Origin: Devosiaceae bacterium
GTDB taxonomy: Bacteria > Pseudomonadota > Alphaproteobacteria > Rhizobiales > Devosiaceae
Reading direction: 5' to 3'
DNA length: 36,296 bases
Assembly (NCBI GenBank): GCA_035547975.1
Contig: DASZTU010000162.1
Coordinates: 1-36,296, forward strand
A model generated the notes under the pieces. The model was given only the letters and a program-made list of their open reading frames with translations. It was not told the DNA's origin and did not search any database. Of this stretch, positions 27,291 to 35,066 are shown piece by piece. Both the position numbers and the translations under genes were made by a program. Every line of letters begins with the position of its first letter. The first letter of the stretch is position 1.

Positions 27291-27766
27291 GGCCCGATCG
27301 GCGCGGTGCGCTGCTCCGTCTCGCGACCGCCCTCTCGGCAGGGCTTGCCGCCTTTCGCGCCAGCGCCGCCGAAGAACCGGCCGCGGCCCTCTCGACCGGC
27401 GCCGCGCCGGTGGGCGTGCCGAGGGTCGTCTATCACCTTGCCGATGCCGCCAAAGTGAACTTTGTCCTCGGCAACATCGCCAACCATTTTCGCGGCATGG
27501 GTGGCCCCGACAAGGTCCACATCGAGCTCGTGGTGCACGGGCCGGCGCTCGCCGCCTTCGACGCCGCCCGCGCCAACCCGCTCCTCGCCCGCACCGTCGC
27601 CGCGCTCCTTTCGCAGGGGCTCGGGCTCGGCGCCTGCGGCAACACGCTCGATGCGCAGCAGATGGGGGTGGGCGACCTCCTGCCGGGTTTTTCGCGCGTG
27701 GATGAAGGCGGCGTCGTCCGTCTCGCCCGGCGCCAGGCCGAGGGCTACGCCTACATCCGGCCCTGA
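27287..27766 (+). CDS. DsrE-related protein (COG1416-like) with an N-terminal export signal
   Basis: ATGA overlap with the upstream gene. The 159-aa product has N-terminus MRPDRRGALLRLATALSAGLAAFRASAAEE, then VVYHLAD..., ACGNTL and GVVRLARRQAEGYAYIRP, as in COG1416. Confidence 0.72.
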   Translation: MRPDRRGALLRLATALSAGLAAFRASAAEEPAAALSTGAAPVGVPRVVYHLADAAKVNFVLGNIANHFRGMGGPDKVHIELVVHGPALAAFDAARANPLLARTVAALLSQGLGLGACGNTLDAQQMGVGDLLPGFSRVDEGGVVRLARRQAEGYAYIRP

Positions 27767-27770
27767 GTTT

Positions 27771-27796
27771 CGAGGCCGGGCCGCCGCCCGGCCTCG
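27771..27796. terminator. Hairpin between convergent genes
   Basis: Perfect 11-bp stem CGAGGCCGGGC-CGCC-GCCCGGCCTCG lying exactly between the DsrE-like stop and the epimerase stop. There is no U-tract. Confidence 0.45.
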
Positions 27797-27800
27797 GGTG

Positions 27801-28730
27801 CTACCAGGTCCGCTTGTCGAAGGGCGAGCGCTCCGGCGGGATGCCGAGCGTCGTCCACACATTGTCCTGCGGCACGTGGCCCAGCCAGTTCCGGGCGTCC
27901 TCCATGTCCCAGACCGAGCCGGTATTGGCCGACATGCCGTTGACCACGATCGCCGGCTCGGGCCAGCGGCTCGCGTCGGCCGTCAGCGCCGCCTCGAATT
28001 CCTTGACGAGGTCGCGGTTGGAGAGCCACATGCCGCGGAACCAGACGAGGTCGCGCTGCGCCTCGTCGGCCGGTTGCACCATTCCGCCGCCGCTGCCCGA
28101 GCCGCCGCCCGCCGCATTGATCTGGCTCGGGTGACCATCGCCCCTCAGGCACCAGCCGATGCGGATCGCAACGCCGGTGAAGCTCGGATCGGCCAGCGCC
28201 TTGGCCCTGAGCAGCCGTTCGCCCACGAGCTTGGAGCCGCCATACATGTTGGGCTGGCGGTAGGCGCCGCCGGCGAAGAATCGGGTCCCGGGCAGGGGCG
28301 GGGTGCGCCCCGAGAGCGGCGCAAACCGGGCCCAGTCGAGGTCCTTGTACTGCCCCATCACATGGTTGGAGGAGGCAAAGACGAAGCGGCAGCCGCTCCG
28401 CTTGGCGCGCGCCAGGAGGTTGGCGGTCATGTCGATGGCGGCGACCGTGTCGTCCCAGCTGCCGTCGGGCGCCGGGTTCTTCACCGCAAAATGCGCAACC
28501 CCGTCCGCGTCTTCGACGGCTGCCTGCCAGCGGCGATCATGCCCGTCGCCGAGATCGGCGACGACCTGCTTCACCTTTGGCGAATCGAACGGCGCCCCGC
28601 TCATCGGTTTGACGTCGAGGCAATAGACGGTCTCGCACCAGTCGCGCGTGACGAGATGCGCGACGAGCTTGCTGCCGAGATTGCCGCCGGCGCCGGTCAC
28701 CAGAACTTTTGCGGGGGCGGTGGTGGGCAC
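27801..28730 (-). CDS. NAD-dependent epimerase/dehydratase family protein
   Basis: 309 aa with VLVTGAGGNLGSKL (Rossmann) and YGGSK (YxxxK). GTG start with a GGGAGGA RBS. It contains a GGGSGSGGG insert. Confidence 0.8.
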   Translation of the reverse strand: MPTTAPAKVLVTGAGGNLGSKLVAHLVTRDWCETVYCLDVKPMSGAPFDSPKVKQVVADLGDGHDRRWQAAVEDADGVAHFAVKNPAPDGSWDDTVAAIDMTANLLARAKRSGCRFVFASSNHVMGQYKDLDWARFAPLSGRTPPLPGTRFFAGGAYRQPNMYGGSKLVGERLLRAKALADPSFTGVAIRIGWCLRGDGHPSQINAAGGGSGSGGGMVQPADEAQRDLVWFRGMWLSNRDLVKEFEAALTADASRWPEPAIVVNGMSANTGSVWDMEDARNWLGHVPQDNVWTTLGIPPERSPFDKRTW

Positions 28731-28827
28731 TTCTCAATTCCTCCCATGAAAACGGGCGGGAATTGATCAGTGTTGAGTGGCTTTGACAAGCCGCCATGCG
28801 CGGGACCGGCCGCCGGCAAGGGGGAGC

Positions 28828-29085
28828 TCAGAAGAGCCGCGAGAGCGCGTCGAGATCGGGCAACTGATCCCCCGCCTGTGCCGGCTTGCTTCCCACGCTC
28901 GCGGCCGCGGCGTCGCCGACATCGGTGACCGACTGCATGCCGAACCAGAGCGCCATCATCAGGCAGACGATCATGGCGGCCCCGACCAGCGTCCAGTTGC
29001 CGCCGCGGCCCATGGTGCGCGCCGGCCAGAGCACGATCTTGAGGATCGGCAGACCTAGGGTCAGCACAAGCAGCACAATCTCCAT
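28828..29085 (-). CDS. Small membrane protein (hypothetical)
   Basis: 85 aa with two TM segments and an acidic C-terminal tail. GGAGG RBS lies 4 nt upstream of ATG 29085. Confidence 0.5.
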   Translation of the reverse strand: MEIVLLVLTLGLPILKIVLWPARTMGRGGNWTLVGAAMIVCLMMALWFGMQSVTDVGDAAAASVGSKPAQAGDQLPDLDALSRLF

Positions 29086-29175
29086 TGGGCCTCCAGCGCC
29101 CGAAGAGTGGCGGGCAAAGCTTTCGCAACGGCTCGCCGATTGCCGGCAATTTGAGGGAAGTTGTGCCCCTCCGTG

Positions 29176-29250
29176 CGGCGAACCTCACCTCGGGAGCACT
29201 CACCTCAGGACCTCACCCTGAGCTTGTCGAAGGGCGAGGTCCGGGCCCCT
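29176..29250. repeat. REP-like intergenic element fragment
   Basis: Three CTCACC(T/C) iterations, then CTCACCCT-GAGCTTGTCGA-AGGGCGAG (imperfect hairpin). It resembles the ...CCTGAGCTTGTCGAAGG... intergenic repeats common in alphaproteobacteria. Confidence 0.3.
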
Positions 29251-29319
29251 TGGGAGCGGCCGGCGGCAGCCGGTCGGCGAGGCGCTCGCCCGCCGCAGCC
29301 CCGCCATGAGCGAACCGTT

Positions 29320-30027
29320 ATGGAAACGTTCTCGCTTTCGGCCTATGTAGCCCCAATGAAACTTGCTTCCTTCGATGCCGTCATCTTCGACATGGACGGC
29401 ACCCTCCTCGACACCGAAATGGTTTTCCGCACCGTGGTCTTCGACGTGGCGGGCGAGCTCGGCTACGAGATGACCGATGCCGTGCACCTCGCCATGGTCG
29501 GCTCCTCGCACGAGGTCTCCAACCGGCTGCTGGTCGAAGCCTATGGCGTGAGCTTCCCCTACGCCATGTTCGACCAGAAGTGCCGCGAGGTGATGAGCAC
29601 CCGCCTCGCCGAGACCGTGCCGGTCAAGCACGGCGCAACCGAATTGCTGATGGATCTCAAGGCCCGCTCGATCCCGGCGGCGGTTGCGACCTCGTCGCGC
29701 GCCGCCCACGCCTTCGGCCATCTCGGCCGGGCCGGGCTCCTCGACATGTTCAGGACGATCGTGACCCGGGACGACGTGGTGCACCCAAAACCGCACCCTG
29801 AGCCCTACCTCACCGCCGCCCAAAGGCTCGGGGTCGCGGCCGGGCGGTGCCTTGCCGTCGAGGATTCCCATTCGGGCGTCCGCGCCGCGCACGCCGCCGG
29901 CATGCAGACCATCATGGTCCCCGACCTCGTCCGGCCGACGGCCGAGATCGCGGGCCTCTGCGTCGGCGTGGTCAAGAGCCTCGCCGAGCTGCACGCCGCG
30001 GTGCTGCCGGCGCGGGCGACCGCCTGA
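29320..30027 (+). CDS. HAD family hydrolase (beta-phosphoglucomutase-like subfamily IA)
   Basis: Motif I FDMDGTLLDTE, motif II ATSS and motif IV EDSHSGVRAAHAAGM. ATG 29356 (MKLASFDAVIFDMDG) is an equally plausible start. Track start 29161 is an extension. Confidence 0.85.
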   Translation: METFSLSAYVAPMKLASFDAVIFDMDGTLLDTEMVFRTVVFDVAGELGYEMTDAVHLAMVGSSHEVSNRLLVEAYGVSFPYAMFDQKCREVMSTRLAETVPVKHGATELLMDLKARSIPAAVATSSRAAHAFGHLGRAGLLDMFRTIVTRDDVVHPKPHPEPYLTAAQRLGVAAGRCLAVEDSHSGVRAAHAAGMQTIMVPDLVRPTAEIAGLCVGVVKSLAELHAAVLPARATA

Positions 30028-31044
30028 TCAGGCGCGCCTCAGCAGCACCTGGTCGCTGAACGCCGCCGATTCGATTTCGTCCACCCGCCAGCCCGCCGCT
30101 TTGGCCAGCGCCGAAAACCGCTCGGCGCCGCGCGGGATGATGGGAAAAAGGCTTCGCCGCCGGAACAGCAGCGTCGCCGGGTCGGCGCGCGTCACCGAGC
30201 CCGCAACGATCGTGTCCGCCGGCGCCGATTTGGCGAGCGTGCCGAGGACGCCGGTGATCTCGCCGTCTTCGCCATATTCGAAAAGCCCGCCCTCCGAGGA
30301 GACGGCGACGATGGCCCGCCGGGCCGCGAGGTCGGCGGCCATCCGCTCGAGCGTTTCGCGGTCGCTCCAGTTCCAGGGAACGTGGCGGAGCTCGGCGTCC
30401 ACCCCGGCGAGGGGGCCGTCCGCGCCACTCAGCGCGGCGCGCGCCGCCCGCCCGAATGCCGGGCCGGCCCCATCGATATCGAGCACGTCGATGACGATGG
30501 GGCGGCCGGCGAGACTGGCCGGATGGTCGCGCCGGAGCAGGATCAGCGCGTTGAGGCTGTCCATCGCGGGGCCACCGGCGATGTTGAGGAAGCGAAGTGG
30601 CCGGTCCGCATCGGCCTCGAGCAGCGGGGCGAGGCCCCGGGCCAAGAGCGTTGCGACCTGGCCGAGGCGCAGCCGCAGCGATCGGGCCGGCAGCGTCTCG
30701 ACGATGCGCCGGTCGATGTCGTTGTCGAGCGGCGGCACGAGGTTCGGCGCCCCGAGCTTCAAAAGGTAGGTGGTGAGGGCCGGCAGGTACCCGGAGGCGC
30801 GCGCGTTCGCCATGGCGCGGATGAGGTAGGAGTTGCCGCCGGCGAGCCGCAGGAAGAGGCCCGTCAGCCATTGTGGCACGCGCTGGCGCCGCCTCTCCTC
30901 CTCGACGTAGCGCGCAATCGCCTCGGGCAGGGTGGCCGGTCCCAGTTCGGTCGCGAACGCCGGATGGGTGATGTCGATGATCGGCAGCCGCATGCCGTCG
31001 GCCGCTCGGGCGAGGAGGGTGGGGGCGCTGGGCGAATCGGTCAC
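30028..31044 (-). CDS. Hypothetical protein, possibly class I SAM-dependent methyltransferase-like
   Basis: 338 aa. GTG start with a GGAGAA RBS. RFLNIAGGPAMDSL resembles MTase motif I and VIDVLDID a post-I acidic strand. The family was not firmly recognised. Confidence 0.55.
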   Translation of the reverse strand: MTDSPSAPTLLARAADGMRLPIIDITHPAFATELGPATLPEAIARYVEEERRRQRVPQWLTGLFLRLAGGNSYLIRAMANARASGYLPALTTYLLKLGAPNLVPPLDNDIDRRIVETLPARSLRLRLGQVATLLARGLAPLLEADADRPLRFLNIAGGPAMDSLNALILLRRDHPASLAGRPIVIDVLDIDGAGPAFGRAARAALSGADGPLAGVDAELRHVPWNWSDRETLERMAADLAARRAIVAVSSEGGLFEYGEDGEITGVLGTLAKSAPADTIVAGSVTRADPATLLFRRRSLFPIIPRGAERFSALAKAAGWRVDEIESAAFSDQVLLRRA

Positions 31045-31276
31045 GGGGGTTTTCTCCAGTGGCGGTGGGCGCGGCCGCGCTTCACGGCCACTGGCGTCTC
31101 AAAATAGCACGCCGCCGCCGACCGATTCCACCCTCTGGCCCCCGACGGGCGCGCGGAAGTGTCGTCCGGGACACTTCGAATCAAACTGATTCGTCTGGAT
31201 TAGTTGAGCTTTAGCCACACTCCCCGCTTGCCTGTCGAAAACCCTAAATCACTCTGGCATCAGGTCTTTCCGCGCG

Positions 31277-31323
31277 TTAACGGTGTTTTAAGAGCTGAAC
31301 GATCATGGTTAAGCGATCGTAAA
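31277..31323 (+). promoter_or_regulatory. CtrA-box-like sites upstream of sleB-like gene
   Basis: TTAA-CGGTGTT-TTAA (31277-31291) fits TTAA-N7-TTAA. A second TTAA-GCGATCG-TAAA lies at 31309-31323. They are 100-145 nt upstream of the CDS. Confidence 0.35.
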
Positions 31324-31422
31324 ATTCTGGTTTTCACGCGCCGAGCCTTTGGCTAGGGTGGCGCGCGAACAGACGGAAGAGCTGGGGTCGCCGAGGGCGG
31401 CGTCGGGGAAAGCTGGGGTAGA

Positions 31423-32370
31423 TTGGCGCGAACGCTGATCGGTCTTGCCGTACGTACAGCAGCGAGAATGGCGGCGCTTGGCATGGCGGCCGCGGCCATG
31501 GCGGTCATGGTCCTGCCAGCCAGCGCCCAGGATGTCGCGCTGGCCGATTTGCCGACCCAGCTCATCGCGCCCGTCGAGGGTAATTCCTTCCTCACCGCAG
31601 ACCCGGCCGCCGAGGTCGACCAGGCCGCAACGGCAGCGCCCCAGACGTTGACCCCCTCGGTCCTCGCCGCCTACATCGCCAAGCAGGAAGCCCGCAAAGG
31701 CTTTGACATTTTCGGCCAGGCGCCCCAGCCGCAGCTGACGAGCGCGCTGCTTTCGGCCTACGCCGCCACGCACTACCAGCCGCGCAACGCCGCGCTGGGC
31801 GCGATCGACGCCTTCGCCTCGCCCGCCGTCGCCTTGGCCACGACCTTCTCCGCCGAGGACGAGGACAACATGGCCGCCGCGGCGGCGACCCCCTCGATCA
31901 CCGACGATATCCTGGCCCGCTACGCGTCGCACAACTTCGTGCCGACCGAGCGCAAGGTGCAGCACGCGGCGGCCGAAAAGAATTGCCTGACCAAGGCGAT
32001 CTACCACGAAGCGCGCGGCGAGAGCCTCGATGGCCAGTGGGCGGTGGCCAACGTCATCATCAACCGCGCCATGAGCAAGCGCTTCCCCTCGACGATGTGC
32101 GGGGTCGTCTACCAGAACGCCGATCAGGGCCTCTATCGCTGCCAGTTCAGCTTTGCCTGCGACGGGCGGCCCGAGCTCGAACGCGAGCGCCGTGCCTGGA
32201 TGAAGGCGAATGAGATCGCCGCTGCCGCCTACGCCGAATTCCAGCACGGGCAACGGCCCGGCGTCCTTCCCGATGACGCGCTCTACTACCATACGACGAG
32301 CGTGTCGACGAACTGGGGCTATCGACGCGTGGCGCGAATCGGCTCCCACGTCTTCTTCTCGCCGATGTGA
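31423..32370 (+). CDS. Cell wall hydrolase (SleB/Hydrolase_2 family) with Ala-rich N-terminal region
   Basis: C-terminal CLTKAIYHEARGESLDGQWAVANVIINR...YCQF-like CQFSFACDG...YYH motifs and a signal-like N-terminus. The start is either TTG 31423 or ATG 31468. Confidence 0.85.
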   Translation: MARTLIGLAVRTAARMAALGMAAAAMAVMVLPASAQDVALADLPTQLIAPVEGNSFLTADPAAEVDQAATAAPQTLTPSVLAAYIAKQEARKGFDIFGQAPQPQLTSALLSAYAATHYQPRNAALGAIDAFASPAVALATTFSAEDEDNMAAAAATPSITDDILARYASHNFVPTERKVQHAAAEKNCLTKAIYHEARGESLDGQWAVANVIINRAMSKRFPSTMCGVVYQNADQGLYRCQFSFACDGRPELERERRAWMKANEIAAAAYAEFQHGQRPGVLPDDALYYHTTSVSTNWGYRRVARIGSHVFFSPM

Positions 32371-32410
32371 CCGGCAGGGCAGGCGGTCGCCGCCTGCGGT
32401 AATCGGTGAC

Positions 32411-32434
32411 GAGCGGCTCAACGGCCGCTCTTTT
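32411..32434 (+). terminator. Rho-independent terminator after the sleB-like gene
   Basis: GAGCGGC-TCAACG-GCCGCTC followed by TTTT. Confidence 0.6.
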
Positions 32435-32490
32435 GACTTTCCTGCCGGGCTGAACGCGCGCGACCCTCCCGGATCGCGTGTTGCCCTGAG

Positions 32491-34077
32491 CTACTCCGCC
32501 GCCGCCAGCCGCGCCGGGGCAATCTCGGCTGCGGCGTCGCCGAATTTCTCGAAATTGCGGGCGAACAGCCCGAGCAGCGTTTGCGCCTGCCGGTCATAGG
32601 CGGCGGGATCGGCCCAGCTCTTCCGTGGGTCGAGCAGGGCGGGATCGACTCCTCCGACGGCTTCCGGCACGGCAAGGCCGAATGCCGGATCGATCCGCAC
32701 CGGCGCGCCGTCGAGGACGCCCGACAGCGCGGCCTCGAGCAGCCGGCGCGTCGAGGCGATGTCGATCCGCCTGCCCGTGCCGTAAGGGCCGCCCGTCCAC
32801 CCGGTATTGAGAAGGAACGTCCGCGCGCCGCTCGCCGCGAGGCGCCTCGCGAGCAGCCGGCCATAGACCGTCGGGTGGAGCGGCATGAACGGGGCGCCGA
32901 AACAGGCCGAGAACGTCGCCTGCGGCTCGGTCACGCCGCGCTCGGTCCCGGCAACCTTGGCCGTATACCCGGAGAGGAAGTGATAGACCGCCTGTTCCGG
33001 CGTGAGGCGGGCGATCGGTGGCAGCACGCCAAAGGCATCGGCGGTGAGCAGCACAACGGTCCGGGGCGTCGCGCCCACCCCACCCGCCGCGACGGCCGGC
33101 AGCGTCTCGAGCGGATAGGCGGCGCGCGTGTTCTCGGTCAGCGACGCATCGTCGAAATCGGGCTCTCCCTTCGCATTGAGCACGACGTTTTCGAGCACGG
33201 TGCCGAAGCTGCGCGAAGCGCGGTAGATTTGGGGCTCCGCCGTGTCGCTGAGCCGGATCGTCTTGGCGTAGCACCCGCCTTCGAGGTTGAAGACGCCTTC
33301 GGCCGTCCAGCCGTGCTCGTCATCCCCGATCAGTCGCCGCGCGGGATCGTTGGAGAGGGTGGTCTTGCCCGTGCCCGAAAGGCCGAAGAACAGCGCGACG
33401 TCGCCGGCCGGCCCGATATTGGCCGAGCAGTGCATGGGGAGGACATCGTCGAACGGGGCGTGAAAACTGAAGAGCGAAAAGACGCTCTTCTTTATTTCGC
33501 CCGCGTAGGCGGTGCCGCCGATCAGCACGAGGTGCCGCGCCATGTCGAGCGCGATCACCGTCTCGGAGCGCGTGCCGTGCCGGCCGGGATCCGCCTTGAA
33601 GCTCGGGAGGTGGAGGATCGTCACCTCGCGGCCGCCGGCCGCGCCGGGCGCCCCCTCGCGGATCAGGAGGTTTCGAATGAAGAGCGCATGCCAGGCGGTC
33701 TCCGCAATGACCGTGACGCGCATCTGCCGCGCCGGATCGGCCCCGGCGAACAGCTCCTGCACGAAGAGCGGCCTCCCCCGCAGCGCGGCCCGGAAGTCGG
33801 AGAGGAGGGCGGCAAAATGCGCCGGCGCCATCGCCTGGCTGTTGTCCCACCACACGGCGTCCTCGGTCGCCGCCTCGCGCACGATGAACTTGTCCTTCGC
33901 CGAGCGGCCGGTGAAACCCCCGGTGCGGGTCGTCAGCGCCCCGTCGGCGCTGAGCTCCGCCTCGCCCGCGCGCAGCGCCTGCGCCACGAGCTCGCGCGTC
34001 GTGCCGTTACGCGCAATGGGGCCCGCCTGAGCCAGGATTTCGGCGCGCAGTTGCGCGTGATCGAAGGCCAGCATCAT
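32491..34077 (-). CDS. pckA: Phosphoenolpyruvate carboxykinase (ATP)
   Basis: 528 aa starting at ATG 34077 (AAGAGG RBS). It has the kinase-1a motif [11 protein letters not shown] and the IGDDEHGW motif. Track start 34125 is an extension. Confidence 0.97.
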   Translation of the reverse strand: MMLAFDHAQLRAEILAQAGPIARNGTTRELVAQALRAGEAELSADGALTTRTGGFTGRSAKDKFIVREAATEDAVWWDNSQAMAPAHFAALLSDFRAALRGRPLFVQELFAGADPARQMRVTVIAETAWHALFIRNLLIREGAPGAAGGREVTILHLPSFKADPGRHGTRSETVIALDMARHLVLIGGTAYAGEIKKSVFSLFSFHAPFDDVLPMHCSANIGPAGDVALFFGLSGTGKTTLSNDPARRLIGDDEHGWTAEGVFNLEGGCYAKTIRLSDTAEPQIYRASRSFGTVLENVVLNAKGEPDFDDASLTENTRAAYPLETLPAVAAGGVGATPRTVVLLTADAFGVLPPIARLTPEQAVYHFLSGYTAKVAGTERGVTEPQATFSACFGAPFMPLHPTVYGRLLARRLAASGARTFLLNTGWTGGPYGTGRRIDIASTRRLLEAALSGVLDGAPVRIDPAFGLAVPEAVGGVDPALLDPRKSWADPAAYDRQAQTLLGLFARNFEKFGDAAAEIAPARLAAAE

Positions 34078-34328
34078 TGCCTCTTTTCGGAGAAATTGCT
34101 TGCACCATGCGGCAAGAACGCCCAAATCCTAGGCAAAGGGCAGCGCTGGGAGCCATCTGGCAATGCGTCTTACGACCTAAGTCGAACGCCTCCGGGCAGC
34201 CGGTGGGGCGCCGTTGGGCGGTGGCGAGGTCATACTTTGTGCGCATTTGGGGGGCCCAAACGTGACCGCCTCTGCGCGAATTCGGGCTTTTTCGCACCTC
34301 TGGGCAACAGTCTGGGAAAGGATCATTG

Positions 34329-35042
34329 ATGCCGAAGATCGCCCTGGTGGACGATGACCGCAACATTCTGACCTCGGTGTCGCTGACGCTCGAGGCGGAA
34401 GGGTACACGGTCTCCACCTACACCGACGGTGCTTCGGGGCTCGAGGGCCTGACCGCCGACCGGCCGGACCTGGCGATCCTCGACATCAAGATGCCGCGCA
34501 TGGACGGCATGGAGCTGCTGCGCCGCCTCAGGCAGAAATCCGACGTCCCGGTGATCTTCCTCACCTCCAAGGACGAGGAGATCGACGAGCTTTTCGGCCT
34601 CAAGATGGGCGCCGACGACTTCATCACCAAGCCGTTCAGCCAGCGCCTGCTGGTCGAGCGGGTCAAGGCGATTCTCCGCCGCTCGGCGCCGCGCGACGCC
34701 ACGGGCCTGCCCGGTGCAGCCGAACCGGCCCCCGGCAAGGCGCTGATCGAGCGCGGCAATCTCGTCATGGACGAGGAGCGTCACACCTGCACCTGGAAAG
34801 GCCAGCGCGTGACCTTGACCGTCACGGAATTCCTGATCCTTCAGGCCCTGGCGCTGCGCCCCGGGGTGGTCAAAAGCCGCAACGCCCTGATGGATGCGGC
34901 CTACGACGATCAGGTCTATGTTGACGATCGCACGATCGACAGCCACATCAAGCGCCTGCGCAAGAAGTTCAAGGCCGTCGACGACGATTTCGAGATGATC
35001 GAGACGCTTTATGGCGTCGGCTATCGCTTCAAGGAGCAGTAG
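34329..35042 (+). CDS. chvI: OmpR-family response regulator ChvI
   Basis: 237 aa, [26 protein letters not shown]..., with the receiver Asp in [11 protein letters not shown] and a winged-helix C-terminus YGVGYRF. The gene is divergent from pckA as in Rhizobiales. Confidence 0.9.
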   Translation: MPKIALVDDDRNILTSVSLTLEAEGYTVSTYTDGASGLEGLTADRPDLAILDIKMPRMDGMELLRRLRQKSDVPVIFLTSKDEEIDELFGLKMGADDFITKPFSQRLLVERVKAILRRSAPRDATGLPGAAEPAPGKALIERGNLVMDEERHTCTWKGQRVTLTVTEFLILQALALRPGVVKSRNALMDAAYDDQVYVDDRTIDSHIKRLRKKFKAVDDDFEMIETLYGVGYRFKEQ

Positions 35043-35066
35043 CCGGGAACTCGGAAGGGCCGACGC

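Noticed and set aside
32581-34329. 582-aa ORF antisense to pckA, and similarly 31309..32421 antisense to sleB and 35169..36200 antisense to chvG
   Set aside because: These are shadow ORFs with Arg/Gly-rich products opposite genes with unambiguous signatures.
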